Shown: positions 38,975 through 50,027, counted from the first letter of the stretch. The stretch: DNA of 64,000 nt from an uncultured Nitrososphaerota archaeon (GCA_963718895.1 CAVRAG010000007.1:803515-867514); one strand, 5' to 3'. Numbers and translations: made by a program. Notes: generated by a model not told the origin, from the letters alone.

Positions 38975-39385
38975 ATGACTGCGAAGTTGCGCGAGCCGAC
39001 ATCGGACACTCGCCTGACATCACGGAGGAGAGGTCACGCTGGATGGCTAATCGGCGGAATCCTGGTCCTGGTGCTCATCGGCGTCTTCGTGTTACCGCTT
39101 GTCCTCTTCTCGGGGTTCGCCCGGGGGTTCATGGTATCCGGCCCCTACTACTCGGGCCCCTTCTTCTTCTTCCCGTTCGGGTTCCTGATCTTCGTCCTTG
39201 TCGCGTTCTTCGCGGTCCGCATGGTCTTCTGGGGATGGGGATGGAGGAGAGGCTACTACTACCACGGCTCGCGCTGGGGCTACGGCGGCGACGCCAAGGA
39301 GATACTTAGGCTAAGGTACGCCCGCGGCGAGATAACCAAGGAACAGTTCGACCAGATGAAGAAGGACCTGGACGAGCAACAGTAG
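38975..39385 (+). CDS. SHOCT-domain membrane protein
   Basis: Two TM segments and the C-terminal motif AKEILRLRYARGEITKEQF. Confidence 0.85.
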   Translation: MTAKLREPTSDTRLTSRRRGHAGWLIGGILVLVLIGVFVLPLVLFSGFARGFMVSGPYYSGPFFFFPFGFLIFVLVAFFAVRMVFWGWGWRRGYYYHGSRWGYGGDAKEILRLRYARGEITKEQFDQMKKDLDEQQ

Positions 39386-39526
39386 CTCGAGAACCGATAT
39401 TCTCGCTCCGTGAACTAGCCTCATGGCCGCGGGCCGACGAGGGTCCGCCCGACCTCGAGAGCGATGGGGCTGGAGATGATGGGCAGGCAGGTCCTAGGGA
39501 TTTGGAGGGAGGCCCCCTGTAGAAGC

Positions 39527-39760
39527 CTAGGTTCCTGTGACGATGATAGTGTTCGTTGCCAGGACGTTCTTCAGTTTTCGCATGTCGGAGTTCACCGTCT
39601 CCTTCAGCTCCTCCATGCTGGACGCCTTGACCTCGGCGACGATGTCGTAGACGCCGTAGACCTCGTAGACCTTGTCAACGTACTTGAAGGTCTTGAGCTC
39701 GCTGACGACATCCTTGTCCGTACCGACCTTGACGTTTATCATGACGAATGCTCTCGGCAT
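39527..39760 (-). CDS. Stand-alone Lrp/AsnC ligand-binding (RAM) domain protein
   Basis: Sequence AFVMINV..VYEVYGVYDIVAEV..TNTIIV. Confidence 0.9.
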   Translation of the reverse strand: MPRAFVMINVKVGTDKDVVSELKTFKYVDKVYEVYGVYDIVAEVKASSMEELKETVNSDMRKLKNVLATNTIIVTGT

Positions 39761-39949
39761 CTTGCTGGCTCGAACCCGCCCAACGCGGGGATGCCCACGC
39801 TATATAGGATTCTCGCCATCCCCCATGCGTAAGTTTGCTAGGTCTTGTCGGCAACAGGTGACGGGGGCGCAGATTCGACTGTGCACAGGAACGGACGAGA
39901 TGGCACGCGCGACATGCCGCGGAAGAGCTAAAACCCGCGTGGAAGCCCT

Positions 39950-40781
39950 TTGTACGTCTTGCCAGACGGTGTCCACACCAAGCGGTACTTGGTTCAGCCC
40001 AAGACGAGGCTAAGGCTGGAAGAGCGGGACCCTGCTGATAGCTCGGGCTTCGATGGAGACGAGGCGGGCGCGATAGGGCATTCGAAGCAACTCGACCAGA
40101 TGCTGGACCGACTGCAGGAGAAGCTCTACGCAGAGCACAAGCACAGCGTGCTGGTAGTCCTGCAGGCCATGGACACGGGTGGAAAGGACGGGACGATCCG
40201 ACGGATATTCAGTGGGGTGAATCCCTCGGGTGTTCAGCGTCGCCCACTTCAGGGAACCGACGCCTCAGGAATCAGATCACGACTTCCTCTGGAGAGTGCA
40301 TGCCCAGACGCCCGGGAAGGGGGAGATCGTGATCTTCAACAGGAGCCACTACGAGGGGGTCCTGGTCGAGCGGGTCCACGGCCTCGTTACGAAGAGGGTG
40401 CTGAAGCACCGTTACAAGCAGATCAACGACTTTGAGAGAATGCTCTCCGAAGAGGGAGCCACGATCCTGAAGTTCTTCCTGCACATCAGCGCCGATGAAC
40501 AGAGACGGCGGCTGCAGGAGCGCCTCACCGACCCTGACAAGAACTGGAAGTTCAACCAAGACGACCTCGCCGAGAGGAAGCTCTGGCCCCAGTACATGAA
40601 GGCCTACGAGCAGGCCCTGGAGAGGACGAGCACGAAGTTCGCGCCCTGGTACATAGTTCCGGCCGACAAGAAGTGGTTCCGGGACCTGCTCGTCTCCGCC
40701 GTCATAGTCGACGCGCTCGACGGGCTGAGGATGGAGTATCCACCCCCTGCAGAGGATCTGAAGTCGGTGGTCGTGCGATGA
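39950..40781 (+). CDS. ppk2: Polyphosphate kinase 2 family protein (frameshift near 40235)
   Basis: Motifs LQAMDTGGKDG, HDFLWR, FNRSHYE, KFFLHIS and APWYIVPADKKW. Confidence 0.92.
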
Positions 40782-40834
40782 GCCGCCCGCGGAGGGCGTA
40801 GATCCTAGGGCATTAGGGCAGGAGTGCGGCTCCG

Positions 40835-41423
40835 TTGAACTACGACAACAGATCAGTCACCTGCGGTCCCCGGGAGATTGGATACCGCATCGAAGGTGAG
40901 GGCGCGTCTAAGGTGGTTCTCCTTCACGGCCTCAATTCCCACTCCGGGACCTGGAGGAAGACGTTCCCCAGCATCTCGCTCGTCGCGACAGTTGTCGCGC
41001 CCAGCCTGCCTGCGAACATGGGGAGAGCGACATCTGAGCTCGCTGAACTCTATGCCGAGCAGGTCGGTGTCGTCTGTGCGGACGCCGGAATCTCACGGGC
41101 GACCGTCGTGGGGAACTCGATGGGAGGCTGGGTAGCGATGCGGCTCGTCTCGAAGCACGCGGCCCTCGTGTCACGCATCGTCCTAGAGGACACGGCGGGG
41201 TCGGGGTCCGAGGACGAGGGGGCGGTGGAGCGTCGCGCGTATCCCCGCGCTGGTCGTTTGGGGAAGGACCGACAGGGTCCTCCCGGTCGGCATCGGGAGA
41301 GAGATCCACTCCAGGCTCTCAAGGAGCGAGCTACACATCGTAGCTGATGCAGGTCACGTTCCCCACTGGGAGACGCCTGAAGAGTTCAACAGAGTCCTCG
41401 GAGAGTTCTTGGAGAGTCGGTAG
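40835..41423 (+). CDS. Alpha/beta-fold hydrolase (frameshift near 41240)
   Basis: Motifs LLHG and GNSMGG. The next frame gives LVVWGRTD...AGHVPHWETPEEFN. Confidence 0.85.
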
Positions 41424-41425
41424 GT

Positions 41426-41623
41426 TCAGCGGTCTATCTCGTTCACCACTACCCATTCCTTGAGCGGTCCCTCGGCCCCCTTCAGCTGGAATATGGCGAC
41501 CTCATCGTACTCACCGGTCTGTTCGAGGAAGTCCCGGATGTTGAGGGCGCCCAGGAGCGATGCCTGGGCGAACTTGTTGAACTTGGAGGTGCTCTTGGCG
41601 ACCACGAGGAGAGGTTGGGTCAT
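41426..41623 (-). CDS. Small hypothetical protein (65 aa)
   Basis: Coding-like composition and a strong TATA element ~25-30 nt upstream. Confidence 0.6.
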   Translation of the reverse strand: MTQPLLVVAKSTSKFNKFAQASLLGALNIRDFLEQTGEYDEVAIFQLKGAEGPLKEWVVVNEIDR

Positions 41624-41709
41624 GGCCCCTCCGCCGATATTCCTATTATATATAATTCGCTGCGAATTTTATTCCGCACTTTCCCGGCCAAGGTGGAGCG
41701 GAGCGGCCC

Positions 41710-42924
41710 TCAGGCATCCCTATCGGGCTTGAATGGGTGCTGCGAGGGAGAGACGTCCCGCCTACCCAGACGCTGGAGGAACGGGCCGGCCATGGCGGTG
41801 ACGAGCACCATCAGACCGAGGATCGAGAACGTCGAGGTGTCGATCAGGCCGGCGGCGAGGGCCGCCTGGCCTATGATGAAGGAGAACTCGCCCCTCGGGA
41901 CGAGCCAGGCCCCCACCAGCCGGGGGTCCGTCTCGCCTAGGGCGTCCCTCTCACCGATCAGCTTGCCGACCACGACTCCCCCGGCGTACTTTGCGGTGAT
42001 GAGGAGCACGGTCACGAGCGCGAAGGACGGCCAGATCTGGAGAGCGGGGAACGGGTCAATCTGGCTGCCCATGTACACAAAGAAGACGAAGACGAGCAGC
42101 CCCTTCACCGGGGCGACCTTTCCCGAGAGGTACTTCGAGTGCTTGCCTCTGATCGCTAGCCCGATGATGAAGGCGCCCACGCCCGCCGAGTACCCGAGAT
42201 ACGCACCCAGGATTCCGAAAGCGAAGCCCAGCCCGAGCGCGAAGAAGAAAGGCAGTTCCTCGAACTCCTCCTCATAGTGGCTCAGGAAGTTTATCGCTGG
42301 CGGAGCGACGTATCTTGCGACGAGGAAGCCTATCGCCAGGAGCGCGATGCCCCCCAGGATGGTCTCGGAAATCGCCAGCAGCCCGGTCCTTGCGTCGACG
42401 ACGCCTCCCGAGGGCAGCGAGGAGATGATGATCAGGAACACGACCGCGACGATGTCCTCGATCACCAGGATGCCGACCAGGAGGCGCGAGGTCTGGTCCC
42501 GCATGCCGCGCGACAGGAGGAACTGCCCGACTATCGCCGTGCTCGTGGCGCTCCCGGCCATCGAGAAGACCAGGCTCTCTGCAAGGTCCAGGCCGAGGAA
42601 GTGCGCGCACACGAGACCGACCGCGAAGGTCAGGCCCATCTCCAGGAAGGTGAGGGAGCCGGCCCGCCTGATCATCCTGACGAACTTCACAGGGTCAAGC
42701 TCGAGACCTATCAGGAAGAGCAGGACGACGATCCCGACGCTGGCGATGTCGCCGATTACCGTGAGGTCAGAGATCCACCCGAGCACGTAGGGGCCTACCA
42801 GCATCCCGGCGAGTATCTCAGCGGCTATGACGGAGGTACGGAGCCTGGCGAAGAGGAGGCCGAGCAAGAGGGCGACGCCGGAGACGATGCCGAGGCTGAG
42901 GAGGAATCCGACGTCTTCAACCAT
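41710..42924 (-). CDS. Cation:proton antiporter (CPA2, KefB-like TM domain)
   Basis: Motifs LLFLIGLELD, TSTAIV, ILVIEDI, GAFIIG and PRGEFSFII. Confidence 0.9.
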   Translation of the reverse strand: MVEDVGFLLSLGIVSGVALLLGLLFARLRTSVIAAEILAGMLVGPYVLGWISDLTVIGDIASVGIVVLLFLIGLELDPVKFVRMIRRAGSLTFLEMGLTFAVGLVCAHFLGLDLAESLVFSMAGSATSTAIVGQFLLSRGMRDQTSRLLVGILVIEDIVAVVFLIIISSLPSGGVVDARTGLLAISETILGGIALLAIGFLVARYVAPPAINFLSHYEEEFEELPFFFALGLGFAFGILGAYLGYSAGVGAFIIGLAIRGKHSKYLSGKVAPVKGLLVFVFFVYMGSQIDPFPALQIWPSFALVTVLLITAKYAGGVVVGKLIGERDALGETDPRLVGAWLVPRGEFSFIIGQAALAAGLIDTSTFSILGLMVLVTAMAGPFLQRLGRRDVSPSQHPFKPDRDA

Positions 42925-43035
42925 CTTCTACGTTTGACTGTCTGGGGGTGCTCGTCCAGAAAACTCTTTCGGTCCCTTCTCCAACTGACGAACTGAAGCA
43001 ACCCTTAACCCCGTGACCGCGCTCTGCCTAGGCAG

Positions 43036-43819
43036 ATGCAGAACATCGACCCCGTGCTCCTCCTCGAGCCGGCGGCGTACATCGCCATCAGCGTCGGGCT
43101 CATTCTCTACTGGAGGGCCAAGAGGAGTTTCGCCGGGATCGTCCTGCTCTTCTCGCTCATCGCCTACGCCGGAGCGATAGCGCTCAAGGAAGTGTTCCAG
43201 GCCTACACCTACGGAGGGGTAACCTCGGAGTTCGGAAGCGTGAGCTGGGAGACGGGGGTCTACTTCGGAGCCCAGACCTCCGTCTTCGAGGTTGGGCTGG
43301 CGTACCTCGTGGCCAGGTACGCGGTCTCAAGGAAGATGATGGCGGGCGCCGACGCCGAGGCCTACGGGATATCCCTGGCGTTCTGGGAGAACGGGATCCT
43401 CCTCGGCGCGTCTGACGCTCTTCAACCTGACAGCGAGCTATCTCCTCATCGCGGAGGGGCTCATCCCTGCCTCGGTCTATCAGACGCTGGTCACCTCCAC
43501 CCCTTCCCTCTTCTATCCTCCCAGGCAGCTTGCAGTCCCCATCGCCCTCGGCGTCCTGGAGAGGGTCTCCTCGCTGATGGCTCACTTCGCCTGGGGATAC
43601 CTCTGCGTCCTCGCCGCGTGCATGCGCAAGAGGACCTATCTCGCCGTGGCGCTGCCAATGGGCCTGATCGACGCAACCGTTCCCTTCGCCCAGGACGTCC
43701 CGCTCTGGGAGTTCGAGGGGCTCATCTTCGCCATCTCACTGGCGTTCCTCCTTCTCGCTTGGAGAATCACGAAGACCGCCCGAGGCTCGGGATACACGGC
43801 GATGCCGCCAAAGAATTAA
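43036..43819 (+). CDS. YhfC/PrsW-like intramembrane glutamic protease (frameshifted)
   Basis: FEVGLAY and WENG in the first frame, LERVSSLMAHFAWG in the next. Multi-TM. Confidence 0.7.
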
Positions 43820-43844
43820 GGGACGGACCGGCGGGCGAGCGCAC

Positions 43845-44390
43845 ATGAGAAGGGTCGCATGCCTCGAAGGTCTATCGTCTCCTCTATCCCGCGGTCCCCG
43901 TCGTAGTCGCGGCGACCGACAGAGGGAAGGTCTCCGCGATGCCTGCTGGTCTCCATCATCTCCCTCTCGAACGAGCCCGTCATGATAGGCATCTCGTCGA
44001 CTCCCTCGCACGACACCCACGGTACCATCGTCAGGGCGGGTTGCTTCTCCGTCTCCTGGCTCGACGAGCGAGTACGCCGCGGACAGTCGAGGTGCTGGGG
44101 AGCTCGTCAGGGGCTGGAACGAAGGACAAGCTCCGGGCGGCGGGACTCCACTACAGGCTCAAGGGTTCCCCGGCGGTCCCGATCATCCGTGAGGCATCCG
44201 CCTACCTCTCCTGCGCGCTCCACGGTGTGCAACGGTTCGGTGACCACGAACTCATCGTCGGAGAGGTCAGGGACGCGAGAGCGATCGGGACTTCGGGGAC
44301 TATTGGGCTTTCAGGACCTACCACCCCATCCTCTACTCTGGGATGGGAAGACCCCGTGCGGGTCGCGACCAGGCCATCAGACGACCTTGA
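43845..44390 (+). CDS. Flavin reductase-like (split-barrel) protein (multiple frameshifts)
   Basis: Pieces YRLLYPAVPVVV, SLSNEPVMIGIS, FSVSWL, GDHELIVGEV and HPILY. Confidence 0.75.
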
Positions 44391-45015
44391 TCGAAGGGGA
44401 CCTGATCTTGTTGAGCTTTCCGACGTTGAGCAGGCTCGGGGTGATCCCCTCGACCATCCGGGAGTTCCTCAGAGGTCCGGCGTAGAGGGGCCGAAGCTTG
44501 GCCACGCTCGCGACGACCTCGGCGGCCTCGGCGTAGACCTCCTTCGTCTCGGCCGTGACGAGCACGTCGTAGTCCAGCTCCCTGTCCACCTCGAGCAGTC
44601 GCGCGGCGGGGACCGTGTGGAACGCGCCCGCGACCCTCGTCCCCAGCACCGAGGCGACCTTCTCGGCCGCCGACCCAGACTCCAGGGAGGGCGCGAAGAG
44701 GCCGTCCCGGAACGCCATCGGCACGATGGGAGAGATCACCAGCTTCCCCGCGAGGTCCGGCTTCAGTGAGTACAGCAGGTCGTCGGAGGGCAGGTCTGGG
44801 ATGGCGAGGATCGCAGATGTCCGAGCCCCGCGCGGCCGCAGCAGTTCTCATCGCCCCAGTACTGCGGCGCCAGAGAGGGCGGAGGCCTTCGAGGCGGCCT
44901 CTGCGGCTCTTGCCGCGTCGCGCGAGCCTATGGTCACCTCGTACGATCTTGCCAGCCTGGCCGCCAGACCGAGGCCGAGGTCCCCCGTGCCCCCGATCAC
45001 CGCTATCCTCTTCAT
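44377..45015 (-). CDS. npdG: NADPH-dependent F420 reductase (frameshifted)
   Basis: Sequence MKRIAVIGGTGDLGLGLA..TIGSRD, plus ISPIVPM, SAAE, AFHTVPA and AGPLRNSRMVEGIT. Confidence 0.85.
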
Positions 45016-45704
45016 TCGAGCCTCTCCTGTCTCGGCGCGCCGCCGCTCTGCGAGTGAATAGGCGAGCGTCGAGCATGTGGACTATCCTTGCGGCCTTCTT
45101 GCTCCCGACGCCCTGGACCATCGCGAGCTGGGACTCGGTGAGGCCCATAATCTTCCTCGGCGTGCCGTACCTCGAGAGCATCCTCTTGGCCAGCTTCATC
45201 CCCACGCCGGGCAGCGACGAGACGAGGTAGAGCTGCTGCTGGGGCTCGTCCTTCGCCTTCGGGGCAGCGGCCACGAAGCCCAGCGGGACGGGCTTCGCGC
45301 TGGCTGTGCTGAACCAGCGCGGCGATGGCCGGCGCGGTCTGCGTCGGGTCGGCTGTGTGGATGAGCCTGAGGTCGTAGGCGAGGGTGACCGAGGCGACCG
45401 CCCCGTAGTAGGAGTTGATGTTCTTGGTCAAGCTCGCTCAGCTCTTTGATGTCGCCCTCGACGATGAGGTACGGCTTCCTGTAGGAGCTCGAGATGGCCG
45501 AGCGCCTGGACGAAGAGCCTGCCGTCGTAGACCGACGAGACGAAGTCCGGGCAGCGACTTCCTCTCGGCGGCGATCTCGGGGCTTATCACGTAGTCGGCG
45601 ATCGGCAGCCGGCTGTAGTAGACCCTGACGTTGAGCTTTGAGAGCTCCTCCGGGACTCCGCTCCCCCTCTCCCTCTCGTCCACGACCACCCGCGGCGGGA
45701 TCAT
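45012..45704 (-). CDS. xpf: Short-form XPF/ERCC4 endonuclease with HhH domain (frameshifted)
   Basis: Motifs VVVDERE, ADYVIS, ERKS, DGRLFVQ, LIVEG and SLPGVGMKLAKRML. Confidence 0.85.
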
Positions 45705-46449
45705 CAGATCTGGAAATCGGAAGAAGTGGTAGATATACAGTGCGACCGCGAAGGCCGCCAGGCTCGCGAAGAGCACCGCCCAGTCGTACCACTTCAGCCT
45801 CATCCTGTAGAGCGACGTGGGTTGGGCGTCGAGCCGTACGCCCTCGACTCCATCGCCTCGGCCAGCTCCCCGCTCCTGATGACCGAGTTGACGACCAGCG
45901 GGATGAGAATCGGGACCATGTTCCTGACCCGCGTCGATCAGGTTGCCCTTCTCGAGCTCCAGACCCCTCGACTTCTGCGCGTCCATTATCTGGAAAGTGT
46001 CGAGCATCACGACGGGGATGAACCTGACCGCGGTCACGAAGGCGAAGACGACGTCACGGGGGACCCTCATCCACTTCATTATCTGCTCGAGCTCGTCGGG
46101 GGAGGTCGTGACGAAGAAGAGGCTCGTCGAGCTGATTATGGCTAGGAACCGCAGGGCGTAGGTGAACGACCGCAGAAGGCCCGAGCCCGAAGACCAGGTT
46201 GATCACGAAGATGAAGACGGCGAAGACGCAGCGAGAAGGCCATGGTCCTCCCTATCCTCTTGAGCGACCTGGCGAGGGCTGCGACGACGAGGATCGACGA
46301 GCAGCACCGCGGCGATCGCGATCACCGAGGACGCGGCCAGCGAGAGGGCGAAGAACTCGATCGAGACGAGGAGCTTGACGCGGGGGTCGAGCCTGTGGAA
46401 CGGGGAGACCACCCTCCTGAAGAGGAACCCGCCGGCGAGCCAGTACATC
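45704..46449 (-). CDS. ecfT: ECF transporter transmembrane component EcfT (frameshifted)
   Basis: Motifs HRLDPRVKL, TTSPDEL, VRFIP, AQKSRG and MESR. Confidence 0.85.
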
Positions 46450-46451
46450 GT

Positions 46452-47276
46452 CTAGCCCCTCTCCCCTCCCTATCCAGCTCCTTGCGTCCGAGACGTCCAG
46501 GAAGGGCCGTTCAGGTCTGCTGCGTCGAGCTCGTCGTAGAGCTGGACCAGCTGGGGCTGGGTGACCCTCGCGCCCTCGAGGAGCGCCCTGTCTCGCATCA
46601 CAGTCGAGCAGGGCCCGTCCCCGACGACCGCTCCCCTGCTTCATCACCAGCAGCCGGGGCTGGAGGGTCCAGAGGAACTCGACGTCGTGCGAGACTATGA
46701 TGATCGTCTTCCCGGTCGAGTGGAGCATCCTGAAGATCTCGGCGAGCTTCTCCTTCTGGAGGGCGTCCTGGCCCACGGTCGGCTCGTCGAGGACGACGAC
46801 CTCGGGGTCCCAGGCGAGGATGCAGGCCAGCGTCAGGCGCTTCTTCTCGCCGCCGCTCAGGACAGCGGCGAGGACTTTCGATACTGCTTCGAGGCCGAAG
46901 AATCCAGCGCCCAGTCGAGCCGCTTCTCGATCAGCGCGCTCGTCGAACCCGAAGTTCTTCAGCGCGAAGGTAACCTCGTTCTCGACGCTGTCGGAGAAGA
47001 GCTGGTGGTCGGGGTTCTGGAAGGCGATGCCCACCTTGCGCGCGAGGGTCGCCGTGCTGACGTCCCGCGGGTGTCCTTCCCGTCGACCGTCACCGAGCCC
47101 TGGCGTCGGCTTGAGGAGCCCGTTGATGTGCTTCACCAGGGTGGTCTTTCCCGCGCCGTTCTCCCCCACGATCGCCGACCAGTCTCGTCCCTCTCGACGG
47201 TCAGGCTGACGTCCTTGAGGGCCGTCACGCCGTTCTGGTGGACGAAGGTGACGTCCCTGAACTCGATGAGGCTCAA
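46452..47276 (-). CDS. ecfA2: ECF transporter ATPase 2 (frameshifted)
   Basis: Motifs GENGAGKTT, FQNPDHQLF, LSGGEKKR and DEPTVGQD. Confidence 0.88.
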
Positions 47277-48119
47277 CGGCCGTTCACCTCCTCCGCCAGC
47301 TCCTCCGGCGTGCTCGGGACACGACTCGAGAGGCGAGACCGTCCTTGACGAGGGCCGTGTAGAGCCTCGAGACGGGCGGGACGGATATCCCGTAGCCCGA
47401 CCGCCTGCGGGTCCGTGAGTACCTCAGGGGGCTTCCCCTCCATCACCTTGCGGCCCCTGTCCATCACGACGATCCGGTCTGCGATGGGGGTGAGGAGCTC
47501 GAGCCGGTGCTCGACGATGATGAAGGTTATGCCGAGCTCCCTGTTCAGCGTCGCGACGAGGCCCACCAGCTCCGAGCGCCGTCTTAGGGTCGAGAAGCGA
47601 CGTGGGCTCGTCGAGGATTATCAGCTTGGGCCTCATGGCGATCACCCCGGCGAGGGCCACCCTCTGCTTCTGCCCGTCCGAGAGCTCGTGCGGCGCCCGG
47701 AGGGCCAGAGGTCGGAAATCCCGAGGAGCCGCATCGCCTCGTCGACCCGCGTCCTCATCTCCTCCCTGGGGAGCCCGAGGTTCTCCAGCCCGAAGGCGAC
47801 GTCCCTCTCCACGGAGAACATGAATATCTGGTTCTCGGGGTTCTGGAAGAGCAGGCCGACTTTCTGGGCGAGGTCTCCCATCTTCGTCTTGTCCACGGCC
47901 GCCCCGTCGATGGTCACCCTGCCCATGATATTCGCCGGGGTACATGTGGGGGATTAGACCGTTCATGCACCTGAGGAGGGTGGACTTGCCGCACCCGCTC
48001 TGTCCGGCGAGGACCGTTATCGTACCCTCTTCTATCTCCAAGCTGACCTTGTCGACTGCCCACCTCTCGGTATCGATGTAGCGGAACGAGAGGTCCTCGA
48101 CACGGAGCAGGGTGGTCAA
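47273..48119 (-). CDS. ecfA1: ECF transporter ATPase 1 (frameshifted)
   Basis: Motifs [32 protein letters not shown] and VEHR. Confidence 0.88.
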
Positions 48120-48228
48120 TTCTATCACTAGGGTCAGGGCGCGCCTTCGGACGCGGACGCGCACGGGCCATGCGGACGCAAGATAACCCTTTGGAGGTCA
48201 AGTCCAACCAACGGGCGGCCCGGGCGGG

Positions 48229-48265
48229 TATTACTAAATATTTGGTTATTACCAAATTCTTATTA
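48229..48265. promoter_or_regulatory. Putative operator and TATA box upstream of the ECF S component
   Basis: Perfect inverted repeat ATTTGGT-TATT-ACCAAAT (48240-48257). Direct repeat TATTAC(T/C)AAAT with an 18-bp period. A TATA-like CTTATTA follows immediately. Confidence 0.6.
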
Positions 48266-48288
48266 GACTGCTCTGGGACGGCGTCGCC

Positions 48289-48981
48289 ATGTCGGGATAC
48301 AGCAGGAGCGGAATCGACAGTAGGTCCCTGGCTGGCATGGCGGTGTTCGGAGCGCTCGCGGTGGTCCTGACCACCATATCTCAGGCTCTCGGACTGAACT
48401 TCCCGTTGGTGCCCTACCTGCAGTTCGACTTGGGCGAGATCGCCATCCTCCTCGCGTTCTTCATCTTTGGACCACTTCCCGCGCTGGTCGCCGCCTTCAT
48501 AGAGTTCGCCACCCTAATGGCGCTTGGAGTGAACGCCGCCTTCTTCGGGCCTGAATTCAAGCTGATAGCAATCCTCTCATCGCTTCTGGGAGTATGGCTG
48601 GGAGCAAGGTTGGCGCTGCGGACCAGAAGCAAGACGGTCGGAAAGGCCGCTGGACTCGGCGGAGGGTTGGGGATGGCCCTCAGAGCCGTCGCCATGACAC
48701 TGCCGAACTATCTCCTCATAGTGTCGCCCCTGTTCGGTCTACAGGCCGCGATCTACACGGTCCAGGCTCCGTTCAAGGCAATCGGCATCACCATAACCTC
48801 CTCTAATGTCCTCGCCCTCATCCTCGGCATGACGGCCATCTTCAACGCCATCCAGTTCGGTCTCGTCTTGATTGCGAGCTATGGCATCGTCAGCCTGCCT
48901 CAGGTGGGTAACTTGAGGGTGGCGGGAAGGAGGCTCTGGATCGTCACCTATCTCCAGAGGAAGGAACAGACGGTCACTTGA
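48289..48981 (+). CDS. ECF transporter S component (RibU/PanT-like)
   Basis: Sequence LAGMAVFGALAVVL..FPLVPYLQFDLGEI..FGP...FNAI. About 6 TM segments. Divergent from ecfA1A2T. Confidence 0.8.
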   Translation: MSGYSRSGIDSRSLAGMAVFGALAVVLTTISQALGLNFPLVPYLQFDLGEIAILLAFFIFGPLPALVAAFIEFATLMALGVNAAFFGPEFKLIAILSSLLGVWLGARLALRTRSKTVGKAAGLGGGLGMALRAVAMTLPNYLLIVSPLFGLQAAIYTVQAPFKAIGITITSSNVLALILGMTAIFNAIQFGLVLIASYGIVSLPQVGNLRVAGRRLWIVTYLQRKEQTVT

Positions 48982-49954
48982 TCTCTGTGGGCTGCTCGTG
49001 AAGTAGCGACGCCATCAGGGCGAGGAAGTCCTTGATCACCACCTCCTCGTCGGCGGAGCACGTGAAGGACGCCGCCGTCGGGTGGCCTCCTCCGTAGCCC
49101 CTGGCTTTCGAGAGGGGTTCCGCCACGTCAGTCCCGAGGTGGATCTTCGTCTCAGAGCTGAAGCGTTGGCTCGCTCGCAGAGATCCCCGGAGCTCGTTGT
49201 CGAAGTCGCCAACGACGAGGGAGAGGTCCGCTCCCAGGTGTGTGAAGGCCCTTGCGACGTTCGCCTGGAAGGAGCCGACCGTGCTTACGAGAATGACCCA
49301 TCCCGCCGCCCTGTAGATGCGCGACCTCCTTGCAGCCTTCAACTTGGCTATGACCTCTCCGTAGTCCGGCGGAGACCGGAGGAGCGCCCTCGCGTCGTCA
49401 AGGCTTGCCCCGTGCTCTATGAGCTCGACGACAGTCCTCAGCGTGTCGACACCCGCGATGGACAGGTGCTGGGAGTCGAAGAGGATGGCGATAAGGAGGG
49501 CCTGCGAGGACTTCTGATCCGGCACGACCCCGGACTCCCTGAAGAGCCGATACACTATCTCCGCGGCCGATGACGCCGTGGTGTCGACCACGAACTGGTC
49601 GTAGGGAGTCCCCTCCTGCATGGGATGGTGGTCGACCAGTATCTTCGTTGCGCGGCTGTTCCTGAGCTTCTCGCTCCAGTCCTTCAGGAGCTCCATGTGC
49701 CCTATGTCGACTGCTATCAGGAGGTCGTACTCGGAGCTCTCTCCGTGGCTCTCCCGAGGGAACGACTCGGCGAGGCGCTGCGTCAGCGAGCTCATCCCGT
49801 CCGGGATGACTATCGAGATCTCGGCGCCCGGCAGGAGCTTCCCGATCATGAAAGAGAGCGCATAGGCCGAAAGGTACGTGTCGGCGTCGGCGTGCCGGTG
49901 GCAGAGAATCGCGACCTTCTTGACACTCTCCGGCGGCGGAAGATTCAGACCCAT
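48974..49954 (-). CDS. DHH/DHHA1 family phosphoesterase
   Basis: Motifs CHRHADAD, VDHH, ILFDS and GGGHPTAAS. Confidence 0.92.
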   Translation of the reverse strand: MGLNLPPPESVKKVAILCHRHADADTYLSAYALSFMIGKLLPGAEISIVIPDGMSSLTQRLAESFPRESHGESSEYDLLIAVDIGHMELLKDWSEKLRNSRATKILVDHHPMQEGTPYDQFVVDTTASSAAEIVYRLFRESGVVPDQKSSQALLIAILFDSQHLSIAGVDTLRTVVELIEHGASLDDARALLRSPPDYGEVIAKLKAARRSRIYRAAGWVILVSTVGSFQANVARAFTHLGADLSLVVGDFDNELRGSLRASQRFSSETKIHLGTDVAEPLSKARGYGGGHPTAASFTCSADEEVVIKDFLALMASLLHEQPTEIK

Positions 49955-50027
49955 GCTCTCGCCGGGGTCGAAGACACCCTTGGAAGCAAGGACAATCTCA
50001 TGGAAGTTGTGACCGATGCCACGCGCC

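Noticed and set aside
45438-46079. Apparent EcfT-XPF fusion ORF
   Set aside because: It is produced by indels in an error-dense region. Both parts are incomplete, and a TGATG stop/start overlap sits at ~45702-45706.
48120-48289. FMN or TPP riboswitch before the ECF S component
   Set aside because: No conserved aptamer motifs are present, and the TATA box is ~25 nt from the ATG, implying a leaderless transcript.
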